DNA of 39,339 nucleotides, from IMG/VR virus record IMGVR_UViG_3300048837_000792, positions 1 to 39,339 of that record; one strand, given 5' to 3'. The position numbers and the translations under genes are program-made. Source of the DNA: a virus (taxonomy: Duplodnaviria > Caudoviricetes). Shown here in pieces: positions 7,132 through 15,804 of this stretch. A model generated the notes under the pieces. The model saw only the letters and a list, made by a program, of their open reading frames with translations, made no database searches and was not told where the DNA came from. Every line of letters starts with the position of its first letter. Within the stretch, counting starts at the first letter, position 1.

Positions 7132-8357
7132 TAAAATGCTCCCGCCAATCTACTCGCATACTCGCTCTCTTCAAGTATGACCGCCGATCCGTCTATAAAT
7201 CTTATCCTAACTCCTCCGTTTGGACCAGATTTTGTCTTATGAACGATAATGACTCCCTCGTTGGTATACTTGACCCCAAGTGGATCGTTTTCATCTTTCT
7301 TTCTGCCGAAAATCAATACATCGGTGGCATCCTGTGAGAAGGCGGCAGACCCAGAAATGTCGTGAATTGTTAGCTCTTTTTGCTTTTTGCCAGCGCCACT
7401 CGGCTTTCTTGGGTGGACAATTAAGAAAACAGCGGTCTTCATTCTCTTGGCAAATAAAGCCATTGTTTTCATTGAGTTTTTTTCAGACTGAATGGTGTTT
7501 TTAGAATCATTAACAAAATACCCGAAATGATCAATAATGATCAGATCATACCTCGGTGAGTTCTCAACAATGTCAATCATTTCGTCCAGGTTCTCAATGT
7601 TTTCCTTTGTGTAGATGTCTATGTTGTCATTGACAAAATCGGGCGGTGTTAGGTCTTCCGTAGTTAGGTCGTCAAATCGTTTATTGCACCAAATTGAGGC
7701 TAGATAGTTAATAATTGATATATCTGGCTCCAAAGCAAAATAAAGAACCTTTTTGCCCTGTTTGGCGACCCTGTGTGCAAAATTACAAGCTATCGTAGAC
7801 TTACCAACATTGGTTTGACCAGTCATTGTATAAAGCCTGCTCGGTACAAATCCTTTAATGATTTTGTCTAATGAGTCATAACCAGTAGAGGGCGCTTGCT
7901 CTTCCAGAGCCCTATCTTTAATCCTTAGTTTTGAGACATCAGACAGTTTCTTAGGCTTGTTGTCGAGTATTCCCTGAATCTTCTTGATTTCTTTCAAAAC
8001 AGAGTTGGGGTCTTGGTTGTCTAGCTTTTGAATTTTCTTTTTTAGAGCAATCCTTTGTTGAAGCTCTGCAAACTCTTTTATGTTTTTATCTCCTATGGCT
8101 GATGAAAACGACATTTCGACTGTTAAAAGCTTGGTTAGGTACCTCCTGTCGAGTAAGTCGTTTATCAAAAATTCTGAGAAAGTATATTCTGCCTCTGACT
8201 TGATGTAGTCTTTCGCCATTGCCAAAACCACATGGGCTCTGGTTGAAAAAGTAAGTCCCTTTAGTCTTCCCAGATAGGCTCTAAGCTCTTCTCTCTCTAG
8301 AGTTATTAGGAACGCGATTATTTTGTCCTCAAGCTGCGATAGTTTATCGTATGTCAT
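7131..8357 (-). CDS. dnaB: replicative DNA helicase, DnaB/T7 gp4 (SF4) family
   Basis: Walker A GQTNVGKS, Walker B LIIIDH, HPRK, DISGSAAFSQDATDVLI, KTKSG. Likely start 8357 with GGAGG RBS. Confidence 0.9.
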   Translation of the reverse strand: MTYDKLSQLEDKIIAFLITLEREELRAYLGRLKGLTFSTRAHVVLAMAKDYIKSEAEYTFSEFLINDLLDRRYLTKLLTVEMSFSSAIGDKNIKEFAELQQRIALKKKIQKLDNQDPNSVLKEIKKIQGILDNKPKKLSDVSKLRIKDRALEEQAPSTGYDSLDKIIKGFVPSRLYTMTGQTNVGKSTIACNFAHRVAKQGKKVLYFALEPDISIINYLASIWCNKRFDDLTTEDLTPPDFVNDNIDIYTKENIENLDEMIDIVENSPRYDLIIIDHFGYFVNDSKNTIQSEKNSMKTMALFAKRMKTAVFLIVHPRKPSGAGKKQKELTIHDISGSAAFSQDATDVLIFGRKKDENDPLGVKYTNEGVIIVHKTKSGPNGGVRIRFIDGSAVILEESEYASRLAGAF

Positions 8358-9264
8358 AAGCCTCCAATAATTGATTGTAAAAATCACCTTCCTTATCTTT
8401 TTTGGCAGCAGTTTTGTTGGCTTTTTGTGAACAAAACCTGTCTACATAGACGAACATATCTTTGCCCCAAACTTTTTTATCGTAAGAACTTCCGTTCACC
8501 CATTGAATATAAGCTGATTTGCAGTCAAGAACTTCTTGCTTAGAAATACTGTGTTTTTTGGAGAGTTCTTCAATCTCTAATTCTCCAACATTATCTTTGA
8601 GAGATATGGCGATACCCGACGATCTGTCAAGAACTCCAGTGTTTTCTGCTCTAATTAGCTTTTCTGTGTATGAAGTTAGGGAGTCTCCACTCAGGTAGGG
8701 TTTTAATTTCTTGGCTTTTTTTCTGGCTCTGGTTATTTTCTTCCTTTCAAGGTATTCCACCAACTCTTGAGAGTCTTCTGGGCTTTGGTTTCCCTCTTTG
8801 TTTTGGGATTGAGGAAAACTGGGGAGGTTCGGAGGGGGGGTAGCACCCCTCTGATGTTTTTCTTTATATATATTCTTTACTATATACTCGCCATTTATGG
8901 TGGACGGGGGTGCCCCATTTATGGTGGACGGGTGCTCCATGACCCCTTTTTGGTAGGCGTAAATATGACGGATTGTTCCGTAGTTTTCACCGATTTGACC
9001 CGTTCTCTCGTTTTTCTTAACTTTTGTTATCTCCAGGCTAAGAAAACCTTTTTTAACCAATTTTGATATATGTTTACTGACCATACTGTCTGATAGGCCC
9101 ACTTGCTCTCCAATCCAAGCGTTGCTGGCGTAACAGTAGCCCTCCTCTTTGGTTAAACCGACAATGATTCCGAACACGGTTTTTTCTTGCATAGACAATT
9201 CTTTGCAAGTCATTATGTGTTCAGGGATAAATAGGAAACTCACCGCTGCCTTCCTGTGTAACAT
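8344..9264 (-). CDS. phage replication initiator / replisome organiser (N-terminal wHTH)
   Basis: FLFIP...LS..EK.VFG.I..L....GYCYASN.....VG.S...VSK.IS.L...GF; directly upstream of the helicase; contains iterons. Start placed at the ATG at 9264 because the upstream extension is structured RNA. Confidence 0.8.
   Translation of the reverse strand: MLHRKAAVSFLFIPEHIMTCKELSMQEKTVFGIIVGLTKEEGYCYASNAWIGEQVGLSDSMVSKHISKLVKKGFLSLEITKVKKNERTGQIGENYGTIRHIYAYQKGVMEHPSTINGAPPSTINGEYIVKNIYKEKHQRGATPPPNLPSFPQSQNKEGNQSPEDSQELVEYLERKKITRARKKAKKLKPYLSGDSLTSYTEKLIRAENTGVLDRSSGIAISLKDNVGELEIEELSKKHSISKQEVLDCKSAYIQWVNGSSYDKKVWGKDMFVYVDRFCSQKANKTAAKKDKEGDFYNQLLEAYDIR
8855..8940. repeat. putative replication origin: two 18-bp iterons plus AT-rich tract inside the initiator gene
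   Basis: CCATTTATGGTGGACGGG at 8891-8908 and 8915-8932, next to TTTTTCTTTATATATATTCTTTACTATATA; lambda O-like arrangement. Confidence 0.6.
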
Positions 9265-9280
9265 TACACGACTAGATACT

Positions 9281-9417
9281 AAAAAACCGCTTAATTGGTA
9301 GCAAGCTGAACCACAGCCTTTGGCAAGCGTGTACCTGCCACCAATCAAACGGTCTTTGTGTGGTTCAATTCTAACATGACCCCCGCTTGCCAAAGGGGTG
9401 GGAGTAAACTCTCCCAC
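9281..9417 (-). ncRNA. structured 5' leader / attenuator-like RNA of the replication initiator
   Basis: 18-bp helix 9336-9353/9286-9303 (perfect on the minus strand with 3 G-U pairs) followed by a U-tract; 13-bp helix 9384-9396/9317-9329; 9-bp helix 9359-9367/9307-9315; 7-bp hairpin 9398-9417. Confidence 0.7.
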
Positions 9418-9453
9418 TTATGTAGTCATACCTAAGTTAATAGGACGATAATA

Positions 9454-9483
9454 AGTATACTCACATTCGGATTATTTTGTAAA
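9454..9483 (-). promoter_or_regulatory. promoter for leader RNA and initiator
   Basis: TTTACA-N18-TATACT. Confidence 0.55.
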
Positions 9484-9511
9484 GAATATCTTTTTATATC
9501 AAAACTATATC

Positions 9512-9547
9512 AAAAACCCCGTACTCAATATCGCGTAAGTACGGGGT
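9512..9547 (-). terminator. intrinsic terminator downstream of recA
   Basis: ACCCCGTACTTA-8 nt loop-TGAGTACGGGGT followed by TTTT. Confidence 0.8.
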
Positions 9548-9594
9548 CTCCATGTTCAGTTGTCGCCAAAGCCACAAAAGATATGTGTTCTAAG

Positions 9595-10551
9595 CTACTC
9601 TGTTTTTAGTAAGCTGTCAAGAGTTATCTTTAACCCTCCTTCTCTCAATTTTTCTTTCAAAGCTCTCGCTCCTTGTGCAACCACTTCTCCATCCAACTTA
9701 TAGAACGCCCCTGAAGCTGTCAGGATGCCCGATTTCAGGTATTTCTCTATCAAATCGCCCAGTGTATCAATTCCATACTCATTGATCTCAAATTCAGCCT
9801 TTCTAAACGGTGTGGCAAACTTGTTTTTAATCACCTCCGCTGTATATTTGCCGCTGACCCTCTGACCGCTACCGTCTTTGATCTGTCCAACATAAGACAT
9901 CTTGACCCTAAGACTGGCGGCGTATCGTACCGCACTCCCACCAGAGGTCACATCTTTATTTCCAAACCCAAAACTACCAATGTTTGCCCTGAGCTGGTTT
10001 GTGAAGACTAGAGCCAGTCCAGACCTGGCAATGCTTGGAACGAGCTTCCTCATCGCTTGTGACATTAACCTTGCTTGACTAGCCATAGGTGCGTCACCAA
10101 AATCTTTGTCAATTTCTGATTGAGGCACTAAGTGAGCAATGCTGTCTACAACTACGAGCCCGACCTCTCTACTACTAGAGCAATACTCGATCAGGTCAAA
10201 GGCTTCTTCTGCACTATTTGGCTGGGCGAACAACAAGTTGCCTGGACTAACTCCAATAGCATCCATTCGATCTTTGCTTACCGCCTGTTCAATATCAATA
10301 AAAGCTGTTTTAAGCCCCATGTCCTGAGCAGACTTGATTAAATGTAGACACAAGGTGCTCTTCCCAGAAGCCTCGCGTCCAAAGATTTCCGTAACTCTTC
10401 CTTTTGGTACGCCACCACCAAACACTTCGTCGATACAATCAATACCTGTTGAAATTACCTCGGTTTTAATGTCGTCAGTTGAGTCAAGCAACATGAAGGA
10501 GTTCTCGCCAAGCGTTTTGTTGGCAAGTGTCGCAATTTCTTTTATGTCCAT
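9595..10551 (-). CDS. recA: RecA recombinase
   Basis: ISTG...D...GGGVPKGRVTEIFGREASGKST, VVDSIAHLVPQSEI, QARLMSQAMRKL, FTNQLR, KNKFATPFR. Start at 10551 with GGAG RBS. Confidence 0.95.
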   Translation of the reverse strand: MDIKEIATLANKTLGENSFMLLDSTDDIKTEVISTGIDCIDEVFGGGVPKGRVTEIFGREASGKSTLCLHLIKSAQDMGLKTAFIDIEQAVSKDRMDAIGVSPGNLLFAQPNSAEEAFDLIEYCSSSREVGLVVVDSIAHLVPQSEIDKDFGDAPMASQARLMSQAMRKLVPSIARSGLALVFTNQLRANIGSFGFGNKDVTSGGSAVRYAASLRVKMSYVGQIKDGSGQRVSGKYTAEVIKNKFATPFRKAEFEINEYGIDTLGDLIEKYLKSGILTASGAFYKLDGEVVAQGARALKEKLREGGLKITLDSLLKTE

Positions 10552-10552
10552 T

Positions 10553-11812
10553 TTATCTCCTTGTAAGCTCGTCACCTAATAATCTTTTTGGTCGCAATAC
10601 ATGGCTGTAGAGCTCTTTTTGGTGAAATCCTGTTCTGTAGGTGTTGCTCACAACATCCCACTTGCCGTCAATTTTGGTAACAGCAATGCTCTCTAGTTTA
10701 CCCATTGTTTTTATATTGCCAACAAAATCATATACTGTACAAGTTCTTTTACCAGGAGCTATTCTCGCACCTCGCCCGAGCAACTGACTCCACAATCTCA
10801 AGCTTTTTGTTGGTCTTAGGCTGACGATACAATCTAGTTCTGGTACATCAAAACCAACTGCGAAGATCAGAACACCGAACAACACCCGAATATCTCCACT
10901 CTTAAAGCTGTTGATGATACTTGCTCGCTCTTTCTTTTTTGTTTGTGAGGTAACTACCGCTGATCCTTCCACCAGGCTGCTCAACTTTGTTGCCTGTTCA
11001 ATAGACGAACAAAACACCAACACTCTTTTGTGGTTCAGACCACCAATGAATGAAGCATACAGCGTGTAATCGTTGCACAACTCATCAAAAGCTTCTAGGT
11101 CAAAGTCACTCTTGCTTTTATTGGTTGGGATTTGGTCGTGGTCAATCACACTAACATCTTGGTAGGTTAGTTTGGTCAAATATCCCTCTTCTTGCAACTC
11201 CTTGGTGTTGAGGACATACAACATTCTAGTCCAAAAGAAAACTCCGTTCTTGGGCTTGAACCTGTTTATCATTTTAATGCAGGTTACAACCTCTAGGTTT
11301 TTCTTCTGCCAGAACTTCCCAGTGTAGCCGCTCCAACCATTCGGGTTTCTGTAAAAGCTTGACATTCTATATGGCGAGCCCGTCAGTCCGTACACTTTCT
11401 TTATCCCAGCTCCCTTGAACAGCTTTGAGTACATATTGCTTTCTTCGACATTGAACAAATCACACTCATCGAGTATCACCAGATCAATGCTTCTAAATAA
11501 CCCTGGGTCTTTGTGTACCGATTGGATCGTGCCAATGGTTATGTGTTTGACCTCCTTGGTGTTCATGCTGGCTGAATAAACTCCGATGTCATCACCAATA
11601 ACCGCCTTGAGTTTCTCTAGGTTTTGTTCTAGCAATTCCTTACTGGGTACAAGGATCAGAATTGGCTCATCTAGTCTGCGGGCTAGTTCTGCAATAATAA
11701 TTGATTTTCCCGCTCCTTGGCAAATAGACAGTAGTTCGTTGCCCTCTTGCTCTCTAGCCAACACCATTTTCTGTACTATTCTTTCCTGATAACCCCTGAG
11801 TTCGTACTGCAT
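10553..11812 (-). CDS. SF2 DEAD/DEAH-box helicase (RadD/UvsW-like)
   Basis: LRGYQ, GAGKS, DECD, GLTGSP, GFDVP, RPTKS...QLLGRGAR, VYDFVGN. Confidence 0.9.
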   Translation of the reverse strand: MQYELRGYQERIVQKMVLAREQEGNELLSICQGAGKSIIIAELARRLDEPILILVPSKELLEQNLEKLKAVIGDDIGVYSASMNTKEVKHITIGTIQSVHKDPGLFRSIDLVILDECDLFNVEESNMYSKLFKGAGIKKVYGLTGSPYRMSSFYRNPNGWSGYTGKFWQKKNLEVVTCIKMINRFKPKNGVFFWTRMLYVLNTKELQEEGYLTKLTYQDVSVIDHDQIPTNKSKSDFDLEAFDELCNDYTLYASFIGGLNHKRVLVFCSSIEQATKLSSLVEGSAVVTSQTKKKERASIINSFKSGDIRVLFGVLIFAVGFDVPELDCIVSLRPTKSLRLWSQLLGRGARIAPGKRTCTVYDFVGNIKTMGKLESIAVTKIDGKWDVVSNTYRTGFHQKELYSHVLRPKRLLGDELTRR

Positions 11813-12053
11813 TTTGTAATTCCTTATAATGTTTAGACTTACTCCTAATCTCCCTGATGTACCACTCCTTATTGTTTACCAACACTTTTGCATATTGGTT
11901 GATGGTTTTATAAGCGGTCTTTCTGAGCTCAACAGCTCCCTTGACTTCAAACAAGGTGTGTCTAAAGTAATAGAAGTCTTTCGACAACTTTACTATTTCC
12001 CCTGGCTGTGCATAAAACAACTGGGCCAAGACTCCCTGCTTACCTAAGTTCAA
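11754..12053 (-). CDS. hypothetical basic protein
   Basis: ORF between the helicase and the DUF5659-like gene; a TTG start near 12053 (AGAGG RBS) is more likely than 12146. Confidence 0.5.
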   Translation of the reverse strand: MNLGKQGVLAQLFYAQPGEIVKLSKDFYYFRHTLFEVKGAVELRKTAYKTINQYAKVLVNNKEWYIREIRSKSKHYKELQNAVRTQGLSGKNSTENGVG

Positions 12054-12324
12054 ACCTCTTCGCGTCTTTTGTTTTAGCTGGTCTTTGCCTTCCAAGGGCT
12101 TCCCAGACTGATTGCTTAACTGCTTTGAGCTGCGTTGCATAGCCATATAAAGCTCCTTCCATCCTGTTGTTAAAAAAATCTTGTTGTAGATCCATCAGGT
12201 CTTCCGTACTATCAAAGATAAAGAAAACATCGCCGTTTTCAACTAGTCTTTCTCTTGGCTTGTAACCTTTTTGCATGAGAGCCGCCACAAACTTCGTATC
12301 TTTTGTTTTGAACAATTCCATCAT
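12040..12324 (-). CDS. DUF5659-like small phage protein
   Basis: F.TKD...AA.L...G......G.V.F.F.......FFN pattern. Confidence 0.55.
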   Translation of the reverse strand: MMELFKTKDTKFVAALMQKGYKPRERLVENGDVFFIFDSTEDLMDLQQDFFNNRMEGALYGYATQLKAVKQSVWEALGRQRPAKTKDAKRFELR

Positions 12325-12521
12325 ATTTCATATCCCTCACTACTTAATAAATCCAACAACCTTCCAAACGCTTCTTGGCGTTTCTCTGGGTCTGCCATTG
12401 TGTCTGGGTAGTCATCGTCTAATAAGCTGTCCTCGTTTTCTATTACCATGTGATCTATAAGTTCTTCAAAAACTTCTAAAAACTCACTGTTTTTTGTTGG
12501 CGTTGTTCTTAGGTGTGTCAT
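12321..12521 (-). CDS. small acidic hypothetical protein
   Basis: Coupled ORF. Confidence 0.6.
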   Translation of the reverse strand: MTHLRTTPTKNSEFLEVFEELIDHMVIENEDSLLDDDYPDTMADPEKRQEAFGRLLDLLSSEGYEI

Positions 12522-12523
12522 AT

Positions 12524-13222
12524 TTAATATCCTACTTTTAATAATTTCTCTTGATTAACATACTCGTACACTCGTTTACAGGCTAAGAACGCCTCAAAAT
12601 CGTCTGGCATTGTCTGAAATTTATATTTGCCCGTTGGCTTGCCGTCTTTGCCTGTTTCAAGCAGTAAGGTTGCAATCTCATCAACTGGTGCTTCCTTTCG
12701 TTTCATGTGGGCATAAGCAGACATCTGTAGCCCTGACTCCATGTAAATGTCCTTGCCTGTTTTAACATCAACAACCATGTGTTTGCCGCCAATTTTGGCA
12801 TACATATCAAGCGTACCCGCAATTTTGTGTTCTTTATCAACCATGCTCTTTTCGCTCTCAAGTATCTGGATGTTGTGATCGCCCATGAAATCGTAGAACG
12901 CCATTGCATAATCTCTGAAGTCTATAGGAATATTCTCAATCCTCTTTTCAGTAGACTTGAACGCTTCCACAATGCTGTGTACGGTTGTGCCTCGGCTCTT
13001 TGCCTTGTCACTCGTTTTATATGGCATTGCCAGGGCTGATCTTTCGTCCATGCTCGGGTCTTGCAACATTCCATAGTAAACCTCTCGCCCGAACCAGTAC
13101 ATCAATGCGGGTTTATCAATCACTTTTAGAATAGTTGTTACTGATAGATATGGTTTGCCCTCAAGCCAGTAAAAACCACCGCGTCTTTGTTCAATCATTG
13201 CATTTTTAACTGACATCTTCAC
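12524..13222 (-). CDS. PD-(D/E)XK exonuclease (Cas4/RecB-like phage recombination nuclease)
   Basis: YLSVTTIL..IDKPAL..W, RGTTVH, ESE, AGTLD, VVDVKTG, QMSAY. Confidence 0.85.
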   Translation of the reverse strand: MKMSVKNAMIEQRRGGFYWLEGKPYLSVTTILKVIDKPALMYWFGREVYYGMLQDPSMDERSALAMPYKTSDKAKSRGTTVHSIVEAFKSTEKRIENIPIDFRDYAMAFYDFMGDHNIQILESEKSMVDKEHKIAGTLDMYAKIGGKHMVVDVKTGKDIYMESGLQMSAYAHMKRKEAPVDEIATLLLETGKDGKPTGKYKFQTMPDDFEAFLACKRVYEYVNQEKLLKVGY

Positions 13223-13354
13223 CTTTCAGGGCATCAATTTGCCCTTGTAAATAAATAGTGGCTACTTTTATTGTCAACAAATCGTCTTCGGTATCTAATT
13301 CATAGTCCATCATCAAGGCTCGTACTCTATTTAGTGTTCTTTCTGATATGCCTG

Positions 13355-13705
13355 TCATAAAATTACGCTTTCTTTGTTAGTTGGCACATCTTTGACCAAG
13401 CCATACTCGGTGTCGGTGTCAATCAGTCTTATTGGTCTGTTGGCGTCTGCTTTGCTGCTCAATATATCCCTCAACCATTGGCATACCCAGTCTGGCTGCA
13501 CAATTCCGTCTTCTTTTAGTTGTTTCTGGATATAGTCGGCAAAATCTACATAGCCTAGTTGTCGCGACATTTCATTGTTAGATACAACAAACTCATCTTT
13601 GACGTGGGTTTCAGTTGGATCGTACTCAAGAAAAGTTATGCCGCTATCTTCTAGGTCTTCAAAATATTCGTCTTCAAGTCTGGTTTCTAATTGTTCGATT
13701 GTCAT
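13355..13705 (-). CDS. acidic hypothetical early protein
   Basis: ORF with AAAGGA RBS and its own promoter. Confidence 0.7.
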   Translation of the reverse strand: MTIEQLETRLEDEYFEDLEDSGITFLEYDPTETHVKDEFVVSNNEMSRQLGYVDFADYIQKQLKEDGIVQPDWVCQWLRDILSSKADANRPIRLIDTDTEYGLVKDVPTNKESVIL

Positions 13706-13737
13706 ACAATCCTTTATAATTAATTAATATTGTGTAT

Positions 13738-13766
13738 AGCTTATCACAAGCTATCATTATTGTCAA
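13738..13766 (-). promoter_or_regulatory. early promoter
   Basis: TTGACA-N17-TAAGCT with TGn. Confidence 0.6.
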
Positions 13767-13777
13767 GCATTGTTTTA

Positions 13778-13951
13778 TTAACAATGAAATACTTCACAAT
13801 TTCCTTCCGCTTTATTTTCTAATACTTCGACCAACATAAATGCTGTATCCATTGCGTTCTTCAGGGTTTCGCCCGTGCCAACATAGTTAGCATTTTGGTG
13901 TGTAAGCGTTACACGCCAACCGTTTGCGGTTTGTTCTCTTTTAATTTTCAT
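13778..13951 (-). CDS. hypothetical protein
   Basis: Likely start MKIKRE (ATGA overlap, GAGGG RBS). Confidence 0.55.
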   Translation of the reverse strand: MKIKREQTANGWRVTLTHQNANYVGTGETLKNAMDTAFMLVEVLENKAEGNCEVFHC

Positions 13952-14217
13952 TTTGTCCCCTCTGGCAATCCTGCCCATTCTAGTAGTAAAGTGTCGCCTG
14001 GCTCGATAAACTCGGCTAGGCTTTGTAGCTCGGCAATCTCCTCGTAGCTTATGCGCTCGGCTTCAATCTCGCCCCTGATGTACTCAAGGCGTTTTTGGAT
14101 TTTGTGTAAAGCCACTTGATAGGCAATTTCCAAAGGTAAAGGATGCTGTTTCCTGCTTTTATCATCATATTCTCTATTGAAAGCTAGTTTATAAGTTCTT
14201 CTCATTTGTTTTTTCAT
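13948..14217 (-). CDS. hypothetical early protein
   Basis: AAGGA RBS; C-terminal RLEYIRGEIEAERISYEEIAELQSL...LLEWAG motif. Confidence 0.7.
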   Translation of the reverse strand: MKKQMRRTYKLAFNREYDDKSRKQHPLPLEIAYQVALHKIQKRLEYIRGEIEAERISYEEIAELQSLAEFIEPGDTLLLEWAGLPEGTK

Positions 14218-14226
14218 GGTTTCCTT

Positions 14227-14460
14227 TTATTTAGCTTCGTATTGGTGGATTGTTTCCCATCTAGCATTTTTACCATCATTTTTATACTGTTCGATAGTCA
14301 CCTGATTGTTATATGGCATACCATCCTCGACAGTCATGCGTGACAACCAGATACGCGTACCCATTGAGTCACGTTTCAAATCATCGGTGTGTCCACTTGA
14401 TATTGTTGGCATTGCTTTAAGCTCTTTTAGAGTAAAGCTAGTTAAAAGTTTCGCTTTCAT
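14227..14460 (-). CDS. hypothetical early protein
   Basis: AAAGGA RBS, promoter upstream. Confidence 0.7.
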   Translation of the reverse strand: MKAKLLTSFTLKELKAMPTISSGHTDDLKRDSMGTRIWLSRMTVEDGMPYNNQVTIEQYKNDGKNARWETIHQYEAK

Positions 14461-14490
14461 GTAATCCTTTAATTAATTAATATTAAATAG

Positions 14491-14519
14491 ATAATAACAC
14501 ACAACGAACAGCTTGTCAA
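14491..14519 (-). promoter_or_regulatory. early promoter
   Basis: TTGACA-N17-TATTAT with TGn. Confidence 0.7.
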
Positions 14520-14650
14520 CTATCAATCAGTTATTGACTTGTACCAGGCTTGCACTATAATAATAGATAGCAATTTAACAAACAATCTAGCAGTTATATA
14601 GTCGTGTAATGCGTTGCACAACCTCGCAATAGTCGTGATACAATAAATGT

Positions 14651-15076
14651 ATGAGCACACACGGCATACAACCAAGCCAAGCCACCAGGCTAAAAATAAG
14701 CAAAAACCGCAGAGAGTTCACCGCCGCACACTTGACTAACTCATACAATGTTTATCTTGAACAACTCCAGGCTGACCCAACACTTGCTCCAACCTTAACG
14801 GGTTTGTGTCTAGCTATAGGTTGTTCAATTCATTCACTGCCAGAGTTGAGAGAAAAACACATACAGCTTGACCAAGCTGCCCAACACATTGAAACACTGC
14901 AGGAACACTATTTAGTCACTAGAGGGCTAACTAATAAGGCCAACCCGCAGCTTGTAAAGTTCCTGTTACAATCCAAACATAAATATAACGACCAACCGCA
15001 ACAACTAACCCAAAATAACAATTTTAATATATCGCCCGACCTACTAAAAACCGCCCTAGCTATGATTAAAGACTAG
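14651..15076 (+). CDS. terS: terminase small subunit (P22 gp3-like DNA-packaging protein)
   Basis: PTLTGLCLAIG...L......A...IE..QE..L...GL...N.....F.L.....Y.D pattern; apparently leaderless (TGA-TACAAT-6 nt-ATG). Confidence 0.65.
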   Translation: MSTHGIQPSQATRLKISKNRREFTAAHLTNSYNVYLEQLQADPTLAPTLTGLCLAIGCSIHSLPELREKHIQLDQAAQHIETLQEHYLVTRGLTNKANPQLVKFLLQSKHKYNDQPQQLTQNNNFNISPDLLKTALAMIKD

Positions 15077-15110
15077 AGCGGTTATATAAGATGACTACCA
15101 GGCTAATTAC

Positions 15111-15356
15111 TTATATGATAATCGTTGGCTGCAAATTCCTAAGCCATGATTCTACAATGATTCTTGCCCTAATCTGTTCGCCTGCAAACGCGTTGGATAG
15201 TTCTTCAACCTCTGAACCGCTCTTATACGCGCTCATGATGGCGTGTTTTTTTTCGTAGTACTGTTCTATGAACCCTTCCAGATCAGGTCTGATCTTTTTT
15301 GCTTCCTTGATTGCGTCCGGTAATAGTCCTTCAATTTCCCAAGTTGCTAATGACAT
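15111..15356 (-). CDS. hypothetical protein
   Basis: ORF in a three-gene minus-strand unit. Confidence 0.6.
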   Translation of the reverse strand: MSLATWEIEGLLPDAIKEAKKIRPDLEGFIEQYYEKKHAIMSAYKSGSEVEELSNAFAGEQIRARIIVESWLRNLQPTIII

Positions 15357-15358
15357 AC

Positions 15359-15670
15359 TTATTTCCCTTCCTGGTTATTTAACATATTCGCGTTCGGTAA
15401 AATAACGCCCTTGCTTTCGAGGTAACTGGCTTGTCTTTCAATACTCTGGAGAATTAGAGCGGGGTTGATGTTTGCCACTTCCGCCCGTGCTTCCTTGAGC
15501 GTGTTATATCCCGAGTGTTTCAAGGTCATTCCGGTTATAGCCTCAGTTGCGTTCCACCTTCCGCTTTCCTTAAATATAATCACCGTAAACCCTTGACTGG
15601 CTGTTATATAAACTTTTCCAAGAACCGGCTCTATCTTAAAGTCATTTCCGATAATCTTATAAAATTGCAT
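15359..15670 (-). CDS. hypothetical protein
   Basis: W..TE..TG....G.T.KEA motif; AAGGA RBS. Confidence 0.65.
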   Translation of the reverse strand: MQFYKIIGNDFKIEPVLGKVYITASQGFTVIIFKESGRWNATEAITGMTLKHSGYNTLKEARAEVANINPALILQSIERQASYLESKGVILPNANMLNNQEGK

Positions 15671-15672
15671 AC

Positions 15673-15774
15673 TTACCGTCCTTCCTGGTCTAATTCATAC
15701 TCTAACGCCTCGATCTCATCGAGTTCTATATCAAAAATTGCTACCTCTAGGTAGTCTTTTGGATCGTGTGACAT
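15673..15774 (-). CDS. very small acidic protein (33 aa, MSHDPKDYLEVAIFDIELDEIEALEYELDQEGR)
   Basis: Hand translation; AAGGGA RBS; first gene after the promoter at 15805-15833. Confidence 0.5.
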   Translation of the reverse strand: MSHDPKDYLEVAIFDIELDEIEALEYELDQEGR

Positions 15775-15804
15775 ATAGTCCCTTAATTATTTAATACTAT
15801 AGAT

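Noticed and set aside
9265-9417. N-terminal extension of the initiator in the ORF track
   Set aside because: The region is explained by RNA helices, and the recognisable HTH domain begins after 9264.
12524-13222. Cas4 as part of a CRISPR system
   Set aside because: No Fe-S cysteine cluster, array or other cas genes; it fits a phage recombination nuclease.
14599-14611. 13-bp TAGTCGTGTAATG shared with the initiator start (9262-9274, minus strand)
   Set aside because: Many 13-mer matches are expected by chance in 39 kb, and neither copy has a properly spaced -10.
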